A stretch of DNA of 64,000 nt from Asterias rubens (lineage: Eukaryota), in assembly GCF_902459465.1 (NCBI RefSeq), contig NC_047081.1, forward strand, positions 1,860,001 to 1,924,000. The letters are read 5' to 3'. The position numbers and the translations under genes are program-made. Shown in pieces: positions 35,615 to 47,732 of this stretch. The notes beneath the pieces are model-generated. The model was not told the origin of the DNA and made no database searches. It was given only the letters and a program-made list of their open reading frames with translations. Positions within the stretch are counted from its first letter, which is position 1, and the number at the start of each line of letters is the position of its first letter.

Positions 35615-35791
35615 GAGGGCGCCCTCTGTTGGTCATTTTGTGCCCACGTCAACAGATCGGCGCATGCGTTCTCGATGGAACTCATTCAAAATGGCGAAGA
35701 TTGCATGTTGATCGCGGCCGATGTTTTTTTGTACAAAGGAAGTTAAACTTTTCCGTATATTTCGAGTTGCATGTTGTAGTTGCAACCTGAG
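35615..35791 (+). promoter_or_regulatory. WAPL promoter and probable non-coding first exon
   Basis: CpG-rich; NRF1-like GCGCATGCG (35660-35668), YY1-like AAAATGGCG (35688-35696), donor GAG|GTAAGC at 35791/35792; acceptor for the ATG exon at about 36885. Confidence 0.55.
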
Positions 35792-36767
35792 GTAAGCATT
35801 TTTTGAAGTCACTTTTTCCAGGGGACTTTGTTAGATGAGCCTGATTTAGTATTTCGTGTGAAACAGTGCAATTATTTGTATATTTAACTGCAATTGTTGT
35901 TGGAAAACTTGCGAGGGATCTCGTCCACACTCAACGGTGCGAGTTTTAAACCGTCCGACCGTAGTCCGAGTGCGTCGGATCCTCCCTCCGTGGACCATGG
36001 ACCACCTGACCGTAGCAATATAAATACCCTGACAAACTGTCACCAGAAAGGCGAATTTAAACATTTTGTTCATCCATTACATCATCAACAGACCAGCAGG
36101 CCTCACTCACTAGTCACACTCACACTTTCACAGCACAGTCACACATTCTCTGGCGCTTATTTCTATTCTAATTTCAACTCTAGTTCTCAGAATCAGATGA
36201 GCCCGGTGAGGACAATTCAAAATTATTTTGTATACAAATATATTGATTGGAACCTTGCAAAGGGCACCACCACAGAACAAGCACCGAGCACCACCACGAC
36301 AGTGAATGAATTGATGTGTGGGTGCCAAGGGCAATGATTGATGGGTAATTTAATTTTGAGGCCTGCAATCATCAGCAAATTATTTAATCCATCTTGTCCA
36401 ACAAATTATGACACATCATAAAAAAAAACATAGTTTTGAACATTAATTCAAAATATAAAAAAAGGCCAAAATGGTAATTTGTTTTTCTGCTTTTTTAATT
36501 GAAAGACATTATTTGATGTTAACACATCTCTTTCTTGCTTGTTGTTGGCTAAGTCATGTGGGATTATCTGTCTCCCGAACATTTGTCTCAAAAAATACAT
36601 TTTACTTTTACTGTTTAATTTATGGTTCCTTTATGTTTAAATTAATAAGTTATAATTCTAATTGATTAGGCCAATAAAAACCAATAATTTGTTAAGCTAC
36701 CCCTCTTTTTTTTTTTTTTTTTTAAAATTCCAAATGAGATTTTGTCAATAGATAATTAGAATCCACG

Positions 36768-36832
36768 GAGGGAAACCGCTGAGGGAAACCACTGAGGGAA
36801 ACCACTGAGGGAAACCACTGAGGGAAACCACT
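36768..36832. repeat. 13-bp tandem repeat (GAGGGAAACCACT) x5
   Basis: Units at 36768, 36781, 36794, 36807, 36820. Confidence 0.95.
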
Positions 36833-36967
36833 GAGCTAACCTGACTTTAACAACTCTTTTCATTATTTACCTTTTTGTCGTGCAGAATTGCAGAAAGCAA
36901 ACATCTTACTAAGTTCTCTCTCCCAGTTTGCACAAGAGACTTCTTTAAGAGTGCGTTATAAACCACT

Positions 36968-39900
36968 ATGCCCAGGTATGGTACAAAAACATACAGCCGT
37001 ACACTTCGTGCAGGCTTGATTTCCAATCAGCAATTCGATGAACTCTTGACTGACTCTAACACTCGACGACGACCCTCGACCAGATCCTCCCCTTCAAAAG
37101 CATCACCCAATAAAGCATCCCCGATGAAGGCCCATAACGCAGTTGGGAAACAGATGGCGGGAAACTCTGCCGGAGTACAGACAGTGCGGACTTCCAGGAA
37201 CAACTCGGAGCAAACGGACCCGTTGAGCAGCCCGAAGAGGAGGCGTTTGGATAGCGGAAGTGACGACCCCTTTAGTTTCAGTAGCGACGATGATGCTTCT
37301 CGGTCACCGATCAAGAGAAATGACACTCGTGCCGTTCCGATGGCAGCGCAAAACAAATTCACTGGAATGGACACGCAGCCCGCTCTCCGTCAAACGAGGG
37401 CAAGCAGCGCCCAGGCACTGGCGGAGAGTAAGATTCAAACCAGATCATCCGGGTCGACGAAGTCTACGACGGCGGCAGGAGCGGTTGATCGAACAAAGAA
37501 GCAATCTTCCATCCTGCGTTTCGCAAAGAAACTGGGCAATAACGACTCGACGCCTGCTCAGAGACAAACTGGAACTCTCCCTAAACCCCACGATGCAATT
37601 AGAACGCTGCCATCCGCTGCCTTGAATAGCATGGGGATCAGGCCGCACACCAAGCCTGCCTCAACAAACTCTGTGGACTACCTCTCTCAGGTCAGTAATT
37701 CCTCGGAAGCGAGCAGCGCCCTCTATAGTCTGAACAGCACGGGACACTCGAGCGATCTTTCCTCAGGGGATATCCTTAATTCAATAACCTCGCACGTTGC
37801 CTCCAGCGACGAAGACAATGTTCTGCTGCTCTCGGATGGAGACAACCCCCAGCAGTCTAGATCCCAGACTCTCTCCAACACCTTGAACAGTTTCACCCCT
37901 CAGAGTCAATCCTTCAACTTAGATCTGACCGGTGGCGCACCAAAACCCGGCAACCAGAAAGCTCCGTCAGTCACAAACTCTTCTAAAGATGAATTTGACT
38001 TCACGGACAGCGGTGAAGAGGAAGACGAGGAGGAGGAGCGGCCCGTTCTAAATCCCACCAAGGGGAGAGACAAAAATCCGGCAGTTAAGAAAATTTTCAA
38101 CAGCCCAAAAAAGGTAATGATTATATCCAAGGTAAAAGGATTTGGTAAAAGGGTGTCCAAATTTGCTAGAAATTTAAAAACTGGGTGTCTAAATTGTTCA
38201 CAGTACATAAATGACAGATAAAACAGGGTGCCAAAATAAAGAACATCATGTCCAAAAGACACTCAGACACCCCTCTTGCTAACACTATGGTGATGTCCAC
38301 AGATGGCAGGATCTGACAACTCTCCCTGATTGTGCAGAAAATTACCTGAAAATAAACCAATCTTTCAATTGTGTCCCCATTTTGTTGGATGCAGTTCTAA
38401 TTGTCTTGCTGATTGATGCACAAAATCTCCCTGATTACAAGATAATGGCAGCTTTGAATTTTATCAAAGTCCAGATGTTAAATTGTTTATACTTATGGTT
38501 CTTGGTTAGCAAAAATTGTTTTTGTATGTTTGTGTTCTGTGTTATTATGAATTTAACATCAAGCGGTGAAGGTGCTTTTTACTTAAAGTTGGATTTTGAC
38601 GGGTTGTGGTTGAAAGAAAATAAAAACATTTTGTGAAGGGGCAACAACAATACCAGAGCATTAAAGGCAATGGCCCTTAGAAACTCAAAGCCTGAAGAAA
38701 ATAAATCATAATTATTCAGCCATTTTTGATTTCACAATTTCGTTAATATTTTATCGCTTGTTCCATTTTGTAGTCTCCAGCTAAAGCTCGTTACAATGCA
38801 CGCTCATGGAATGCACCAACGAGTCCAGAAGACGCTCAGGTAGGTACACCATGAAAACAAGTGTTTGTCACACCCGACCAGCCTATCAAAGCGCTCAGTA
38901 ATTTGTTTCTGCCAGGCAGGCCTGTGTGCTTTGTTTTTACAAGGGCAAGGGCACCAAGGCATTTTGTCTTTGGTAAAGGGAAATTGTAAATTTCAAAGGG
39001 GCATTTCAAAGGCAGGAAGGCATTGATGAGGGGGCGTGGAGACAATCGCCTTCATTGCCTCTCTGAAATATCAGCCCAGGCAAGGTATGAAGTAAGCTTG
39101 GGCGATATCGATTTATTTTATTCACGATATATCGCCGACAATATATCGTGATATTCGATATAATCGCGATTGATTAAGTTTGACATCATCCGTCTTTAAA
39201 CTCCCAGTGAAAGTTGTAGAAGAGACAGTCATAGCATAAGAGAGGTGTTCTAATGACCTATTCTGCTGGTTTTACTCCAAACCTATGGGGTGTAAGATGT
39301 CTCAGCTAGGAAATACATCGCGTTATTGCGATTGCGATTGCGATATCGATTGCGATATATAGCGATATTTCGATTAAAACCAAATCGATCCGATATCGAA
39401 ATCATATCCAAATTAGTATCGCGATATTCGATAATACAAGTTCAGTATGAAGTGTGAGACCTTCGTCCTTTATTTGACACCATGTAATGGTTTATAAGAT
39501 GCTGTGGCACAATATGCAGCCATTCGAAACAGGATCACTAGGGGTGAACCAAGTTCATTTTGAAAAACATTTCACTTTGAAGTAATTCAAAAAGACCAGT
39601 CTCTATGCCCCAATATTTGAATCAAAGAAGTGTTACTGTCAGTAATATTTCTCACATTGTGTGTTCCTATCGGGGATTAATCTTCCTGCAAGGACAAAAA
39701 CGCTCCAAATTTTTCCGCAATATCTGAAACGATTAAAAAAAAAAATTGTATACTTTGCCTTTAACCATTTTCTTTTTTTTTTACAGAAAAATGCAAGTGT
39801 GGAAAACCAGCCTGGAAAAGCTCAGCCTTCGCTGCGAAAACACCAGTCAGATCCCGCGAATCGTGCATCAACGAGTGGTTACGGCAGTCAGGGTGCCAGA

Positions 39901-42900
39901 TTTGGGATCAAGCAGGGGGCGAAGGGGCTGACCCGGCAGGTCACCTACCCTACGAAGGTCAACCATTCCATTGTGACCTCTTTGAAATGTGACAAGCAGG
40001 AGAAAGGGGTAAGTGACGCTGATGGAGAGCCAATTCCTTAAACCCATTCTTCAAACCCAAGCCGACTTTAACCCATTCCTCAAACCTTAGCCCACTTAAA
40101 CCCATTCCTTAAACCCATTCCTCAAACCCACTTAAACCCATTCCTAAAACCCATTCCTCAAATCCAAGCCCACTCTAACCCATTCCTTAAACCCATTCCT
40201 CAATCCCAAACCCACTTAAACCCATTAATAAAACCCATTCCTCAAACCCAAGCCCACTCTAACCCATTCCTTAAACCAATTGCTCAAACCCAAACCCACT
40301 TAAACCCATTCCTAAACCCATTTCTAAACCCATTCCTTTAACCCATTCCTCAATCCATTCCTCAAATACATTCCTCAAACCTACTTCTCAAAACCAGTCC
40401 TCAAACCCACTCCATGTCGGGTGAGACTGAGTGGTCAGACAGTAGGAGGGGTTGACTGTGTACTGTGTAAATGCATTCACCATATCATAATGCAGGCTGG
40501 CACAGTGCATCTATCAATCATTCAAAACAACAACAGATTGAATGGCCACATAGTAGGAGGGTTGACAAGTTGCAAATTGATTTCCGATTGTACGTCATTT
40601 ATAGTTGTACACAGTCGTCCAGCACGTCAAGCAAGCTACACAGTGCCAGGAATCCGGCGAGAGCCAACAATATTCCGATGATATTGAATACCTACGTGAT
40701 GGTTTAGAGCCGATCGCATCTACGTCTACACGTTGTCTCAGGTATGTATACATCTGTACCGCCCCCCCAAATTCTCCAGAATTCATTGCTTCGTTTGGCC
40801 TAAAGTGATGGATTTGGTACTGTAGCCCCAAACCACCTAGTCTTAGCATGAGGTCAGTAATGGCTCTATTCAAAATTCAATCGTTTGGACCATTTTGATG
40901 GATTTTGGCCAGCTCCTGTCCATTATACATGCCATCAACACTAAGAACAAACAACTTAATAAAGCTGTTGGGGCAGAAAAAAAGGATTGAAAAATTTCTT
41001 TGCTAAGCAAAAATTGAGTGGGGTACCAGTCATAACAATGTAAACTTAATGTCATTTTTGGCGGGCAATCTGTTTCTGTTAAGCAATACTTTTCTGTTCT
41101 TGGTAGTTTTTGTTTGTTCAGGCTTAGAGCATTGGGCCCTTGTAACATGCTCGTTACATCAAAGGTCGTCCTTGACTTCACTGTGGGCACTGTTTGAGTT
41201 TGTACGATCACATGCAACGGGTCTGTCGTGTTAGTGTTTTATACTTTCCCCGTTTTGTTCCATCAGCACTATCAGTTTGGTGGAGAAATGCGCTGTTCCA
41301 GCATTCCGGCTACATCTACGAGCCCACGGCACCATCAGCAAGCTGTTTGCTGCCCTCAGGGATGCAGATCACTACCCGGTAAATATCAATCGTAACGACA
41401 TAACGTTTGCCTGGTGGTTTATGTTTTGATATTTGAAATGACAAGTTGCATCCCCCATAAGGTGATCCCTTGGCTGCCACTTCCCAGGTTGTAACGTTAA
41501 ACTGAGTTGTGATTCCTGGTTACACGGTGCTTACAGGTTGGATGGCTTCTGAATGGCGCCCCGACAGATATAATAACAAAATAGGTAGAATGCCAACATT
41601 AGGGCTACATAGCTCAGTTGGTGGAGCACGACACAGTAATCTAGAGATCACAGGTCCAAGTCCTGCTCTTGTTAAAACAAAACAAAATCAACTCAACAGA
41701 CATGATAATAGTTTATTTAAATCAAAAATGGACTCCGTCCAATCCGTAAATAAATAAGTTTCAATCGGATGAGCCTTTGTTCTTGATCACCAACTTTTAT
41801 TTTGAAACTGTGCTCCGACCAAAGTTTGTTTGTGTTTTATCTTTTTGGTAGACTAGCCAGCAGGGCCGTGTACATGTAGCGTGTTGTTTTACTAGTCCAC
41901 CAGCCTCTTCCTGTGGCCATATTTGATATTAAATAGGAACGCTTTCTAAAACTGAACTAACCAGTCGGACCTCTTGATGAACTACAGTTACATGCTTGGC
42001 TGTTATTTCTCTCGACTTGTCATTTTTGCAGAGCTTAGCCTTTTGCACAGCTGGACTGATGTACATGCTCAGCCGAGATCGCCTTAACATGGACCTGGAT
42101 CGAGACAGTCTGGACCTCCTCATAAGACTGCTCAGCGTCGAGTCAGAGATTGCGTCGGACGAGTGGAGCGAAACGCAGCGGCAGGACTACGACCGGACGA
42201 AGGAGAAGATGCGCAGCGTGCTGGAAGAAGTCCCGAATACGTGCAGCATGGCGAAGGATCTTGACTTGGATGGATTATCGGTAAGAGACTTAAATCCTAA
42301 CTTGAGTTTTAGAACCCATCTGCCTTGAGGTGGTGGTCCGCAGTCATGGCCAAAATGTTTGGCCCACCTGAGTGCAGGGTTTGCCCCTGACCTTTTTAGC
42401 AATTTTGTTGACTTGAGTCGCTGACTTAGACTTCAGTTGCCAATTTCATTGAATTGCGATTTGACTTGGCTAGGGGAAAAATTACTTGTGACTTGACTTG
42501 ACTTGACTTGAGCAAAAATGACTTGGTTAAAACACTGCTTTTTAGTGACTGGCCAGCATGACCAGTTAGCTTGTCATTTCAACAGTTTGTAAACCTTTTC
42601 ACTTGTCAAATGAAACAGCGGTGCTCTCTAATATAAGTCTACTCAGCTGGACCACTGGGAGTGAATTCTGAACGGTCCTCAGATGTTTTGATTTGGGCAG
42701 CGGACCACGATTACCAAAAAGTTTCACTTTGTAAAATTGTTGCACTTGTGTGTTTTGGATCTTGCAGAGTGAATATCTGGCCATGGAATCTTTATTATCG
42801 TTAACTTCAAGACGTGCCGGAGAGTGGTTCAAAGAAGAACTTCGTCTAGTTGGTGGACTGGACCATATAGCAGACACAGGTAACATTCTCATTGATTAAC

Positions 42901-45900
42901 CCTCCTACTCATTGTATCATTACCCTGATACAAAGAGTCCGAACAAGGGAAAATTGGCAAAACTCTCCTTTGGAGCATTTTGGAAGGTTTTGAGGTCTTT
43001 GTATTGTGATATTGTGCGGGAATGAATTATTAATTATTATTATTACCCCCACACTAATATTTCCTTCCCCTCCCTTACTGAAGTCATCGGAGTTCATGAG
43101 AAACTCGCTGCTCTGGAGCCTGGAGCAGACACCCCTAACCTAGACCTAATTGAGAGATTGAGTGGATGTTTACGAGTCTTGGAGAACGTCACTTTCTTAA
43201 ACACAGAGAACCAGCAATACCTCCTGGAGCTCAACGACTGCAGCTTAGTCAAGGCCTTCGCATGGTGAGTAACATTTGATCGCATTACCTACTGTTTCGA
43301 ACAAAAGAACCTAGACTTCCTGCAGGGAGATTGTGGAGATATTGTTTAGTCTCGACATTATGGGGAGTCCTACTGTGTGTGTGATAATAATAACTAGCTC
43401 CTATATCTCCCATTTTCAAATAATGTATCAATGTTTTTTTACAATAGTGCCGTGGGGTTGATTTCACTAAGAACTTAGGACTAGTCCTAACTTAGGTCTA
43501 GCCCTAGGAGATATAAAAAACTTAAGGCTATGTGAGTAACTCATCCTAACTCGAGATAAAACTTGTCTTAACTCTTTTTGAAATCCATCCCTGGTCATTG
43601 GGCCAATTTCCTAGCACTTACAAATTTGTTTTGTCTTCTTTTACTTACAGCATGGTACCTTTGTGTTGCCAGCGAGTTGAGAGATTCAGTGAACAAGAGA
43701 GGACAGTCCGGATTGGCAAGGAGAAGACGCCCGGCGGGAAAATGAGATTGTGCCTTCTGGCGTTGTTGAGAGTCCTCCTAAACATTACCCACGACAACGG
43801 TAAACAAAAACCGGGTTCATCTCTTATTATGCCATGAAGTTTTCCCAAGTAAAACCGAGTTTCAAAAAGTAGAGTCTATTCTGGGCACAAATCTCTTCTT
43901 ATGATAGTAATAACAGTACACTTCTTACAATAGCGCATCACACAGAAGTCTTGATGCGCTTTACAGCAATTAGTTCATTAAACACCAACTCAACGTGTAA
44001 CTGTTGAGTCCAAGTCAAATTGTGTTTTAAATCATTCCTCAAAAAATTAACTTGAACTTTGAACTTTGAACTTTGAACTTTGACCAGAATGGGGAAGTAT
44101 GAAAGTCGGGGAGCAGTCAGGTCTGATCAGCAATATCCTCATCTGTGTACTCCAAGTAGCTCAACATATCGCCCACGACCAACGCTTTGACCTCCTTGTA
44201 TTGGTAAGTCATGATCTTTAACCTCCCATACTGGTAATAGCCATGATCGTTGACCTTTCTTAGTTTAAGTTTCTCGGCCGGAATTCATGGCTCTGCTTAC
44301 TTTCAAGTTCTACGCAAGCTGTGTCAGCGAAGAAAGCCTAGTAATTTTGACCATGTACGCACACAAGCAGAAATTCCACTGGTAACCTGTGAAACACGCT
44401 TGACGTAAGCGGGAATTCCCTGTGTCTGTAGGCGCTGATTCTTTGCTTATGGTAAGCAGAAATATGAAATTGGGCTTTGATGATTCCAACTTGAAGAAAT
44501 ATTATCAATTGGGCTTCCATGGGCAACAATTTTGCTAGCGTTGTTTTTTTCTGTGGAATGGCTCCCATTCATGGACAGAGTTGAGCGGAGATGGAACTCA
44601 TGCAATCTTTCGCTGCTAACCATATTCCTTAAACCATCTCAGCTAATTTGGAAGTATACTGTAAAATGTCACCGATACATTAGCTACATTGCTCCTACAA
44701 TGCCCAAGCTTAACTTTAAAAAATGTGGGCCGGTACTCTGTTCCTGCTAAAGCAATATTGATCTGTGCTTAGCAAGTTTTTGTGGCTTTATGAATTGGAA
44801 ATTCTCTTACCTTGTCCACAGAGTCTGGGAGTCTTGATCAACCTTGTGGAACACTGTCCGGGCAATGCTAAGATTCTCACTAACACAAAGACAAACTATT
44901 CCTACGATGTCCAAGCTGATGACAGTAAGAAATTCACCACCGTTGGGGAAGTCTGCTCACTGGAAGCTCTCACTCAGGTAATAAAATAAACTTCAAAGTT
45001 AAATTTAATAGGCGTTATAAACGATTGGTAGAGCTGACAGTGTTTTTGTTAATGTGATCAACCATTTACAATGAAACAACATTAAGGTAATTAATTGTTG
45101 GTTTTACCCTAACACTGATGTGTGTTAGCACTGTATACTCGTTTTTTTTCCCTACTCGGGTAGGATTTGAATATCTATTAAAACATTCTGGTTGTGTCTT
45201 TCTCAATTATTCCTTGAATCAAAGGTGTGAGATGTGAACGTTTGAACCATCTTTGAAGGTTATACTTTATTTTGGTGTTTCTAGAACCATATGAGTGTGA
45301 ACGCACCTTGTTGCACTGAAATTACTAGACTCTCTTCGAACATTTAAGAAGTGTATCAAACATTCTCTGTATCCTATCTTATGCGCTGTGTTCTTGACGT
45401 AGTGGCGCTATATAAATGCCCTATATGGATGTATGTATTACTCTTTGCTTGTTGACGTGTTATATGTATCGATTTATCAATTGTTCATCTCGGCAGTTAT
45501 TTATGCAACGCTATCGAGCAGCATCTCGCGCCGAACGGGAACCGGAACCCGGCGAGGAGCAGCCAGACGACGACGAGGAAGATCTTAGCGAGGCCCAGGC
45601 GGGCCTGGAGTGGGTAGAGATTGAGACGTCAGGCACTGGAGGCAGCAACGAGCTCACCGAGGAAGAAATCAAACGGTCCGTCAGTAAAGGTACGTGGTAG
45701 GGTCCTTTTATGTGTTATACCCAATGTTCCCATATCCTACAACGTCAAAACTACAACGTCAAAACAACTTCAAAACACGTTTTTAAACGGTTTTTTTTTT
45801 AGCCTAAAATATGCCTGGCAACAACAGTGTACAACTACAATCATGTAAAATAAGCCTAGTACATGCTCTCAATGCACCTAAGAGCATAGTAAAACTCAAT

Positions 45901-47732
45901 ATTTTCTAGGGTACCATTGTGGGTATCATGTCCCGTGGCGTTATGGCTGCCTCGCTCCGCACTTGCGTTGTGCCTTTGAAAATTTACCTTTTTTTTTTCA
46001 ACGGGCAGTTGCATGCCTGTTGATTAGAGCAGGACTTTAATCAATGACCTACGGATTAACATGCTTGTGCTCTATTAAATGAGCTGTCCATCTAGCCCTA
46101 TGTTGGCGGTCTCCCTATGGTGTCAATATCTTTATTTGTGGAGCCATCAAGTTATTAACACTTAGGAAAAATGACAGGGTAACTTTTAAATAATCCTGGC
46201 AAACTAGATATAGGCCACCTCCCCCCCCACACTTTAAAATGTTGTTGTTAGTGCAAATACATTGTATGTCTGTTTCTAAGAAATGGCAGAATAAACAATA
46301 ATTGTTTTTGAAAGGTCTGGTTCTTTTAAAAGTACTGTGTCATTTTGGAGCAAACTTGAATTCCTACTAAGATGATATTCACCTTTTCTTATCTCCTTTA
46401 CAGTTCTGCATACAGCAGGCAAGCACATGGAGGACAGCATCGTAGCGTCCTACACAGCGCTTCTCATCGGTTGCCTCGTCAAAAACAATCATGTGAGTCG
46501 AAGCCTTCACTTCTTCTATCTGGCAATAGACCGATGCATTATGCTCCGCCCCAGTGCATATTGACCAATCACACCCCTGGTTGCACACCAAAAGTCCAAC
46601 AAATAAAGTCAAACTTGGTGGGGTATGCTTGACAGAGTTTTGCAGATTGGCATTGGAGAGGCTCACATGTTCTTGCTCACACGTGCACCGTGGGCGGAGC
46701 CTAATGGATCGGTCTATTGAAAGCAGACACACCGTACAAATCCAAATGAGAAATTCATAATAAGAGAGAATATATTTCATGATTTTTGGAACAAATAACT
46801 GCTCGAGTTTAAACTCCTCCAACTTTTTGCCAAGGAAGGACAAATAAACAGTGAACCAGTTACAAATATGACTTTGGCTGGTAACCTTTGTCCTCTAGGT
46901 AGTCTTGAACAAGGTTCTCGAAAAAGTTTATTTGCTTTGCTCTAAGAAATGTTTGTTAAATGATTAAATTGATTTGATGTTCTTTTCCCCCAGATGAACG
47001 TGACTAGAGTTCGTAGCTTCCTTCCTGAGGGCGAGTTCTCCTGTATGGTCCAGATGCTTCAGAAGTTTCTCTCCTTCATTGAGCTCACCGTAAGCTGAGA
47101 TTCATGGTTAATTTGAAAACGTCACTCACCCCCAACCAATTTCATCCAAGACCATTTTGGCTTGGGCTAATAAGCTTTGACGAACTATTGTTCAGGATTT
47201 AGTGACGCATGATGGGAATATGCACTGCAATATATATTTGGTTTGTGGTAACACCATGTGTGTGTGTGTCTACTTGCCGGTTAGAGTTTGGTCATGGGAG
47301 AAGTGTCTTGCTATATTTTCTACTACTGCGTAGTTGATTTTTGGATTTTTGAGAGACTTCTCAGTTCTGAAAAGAACTTTCTCAGTTCTGAATTGAATTG
47401 TCTTACTTTATTACCACTTCCTTGGCATAAGGTAGAATGTCGGCTGGGACTACTTCTCTAGATCTAGCCTATTAAAGGATTGTCACTGTTTTGCCTAACA
47501 TGTAGGGATAAAATAAATTAATGTGCTTTATCCTTGATGAAAATTTCAAATCTTCTAAATAAAATTTTGAATTTTGGCAGGACGTTCCTGATTAGAGCAC
47601 AGAGCGTTGTGTTTTTATTAGTAGTATTTTAAAACTTGTTCTTCTTTTTATTCTTACTCCATACAGAATGCAGCTGGCAACACGGGCAGTAAATCCATAT
47701 CAAAGATTATAGAGGTACTGGATCACCTTTAA
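36968..47732 (+). CDS. WAPL: Wings apart-like cohesin release factor, 15 coding exons, 1029 aa
   Basis: Exons 36968-38113, 38774-38839, 39787-40008, 40605-40741, 41267-41378, 42032-42280, 42768-42879, 43084-43264, 43651-43799, 44088-44203, 44822-44977, 45497-45689, 46404-46492, 46994-47089, 47667-47732; all GT-AG, frame continuous. Motifs [83 protein letters not shown]. Confidence 0.94.
40031..40412. repeat. Degenerate C-rich minisatellite built from AAACCCATTCCT / AAACCCACTT
   Basis: About 380 bp of shuffled AAACCC-containing units just after the WAPL exon ending at 40008. Confidence 0.9.
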
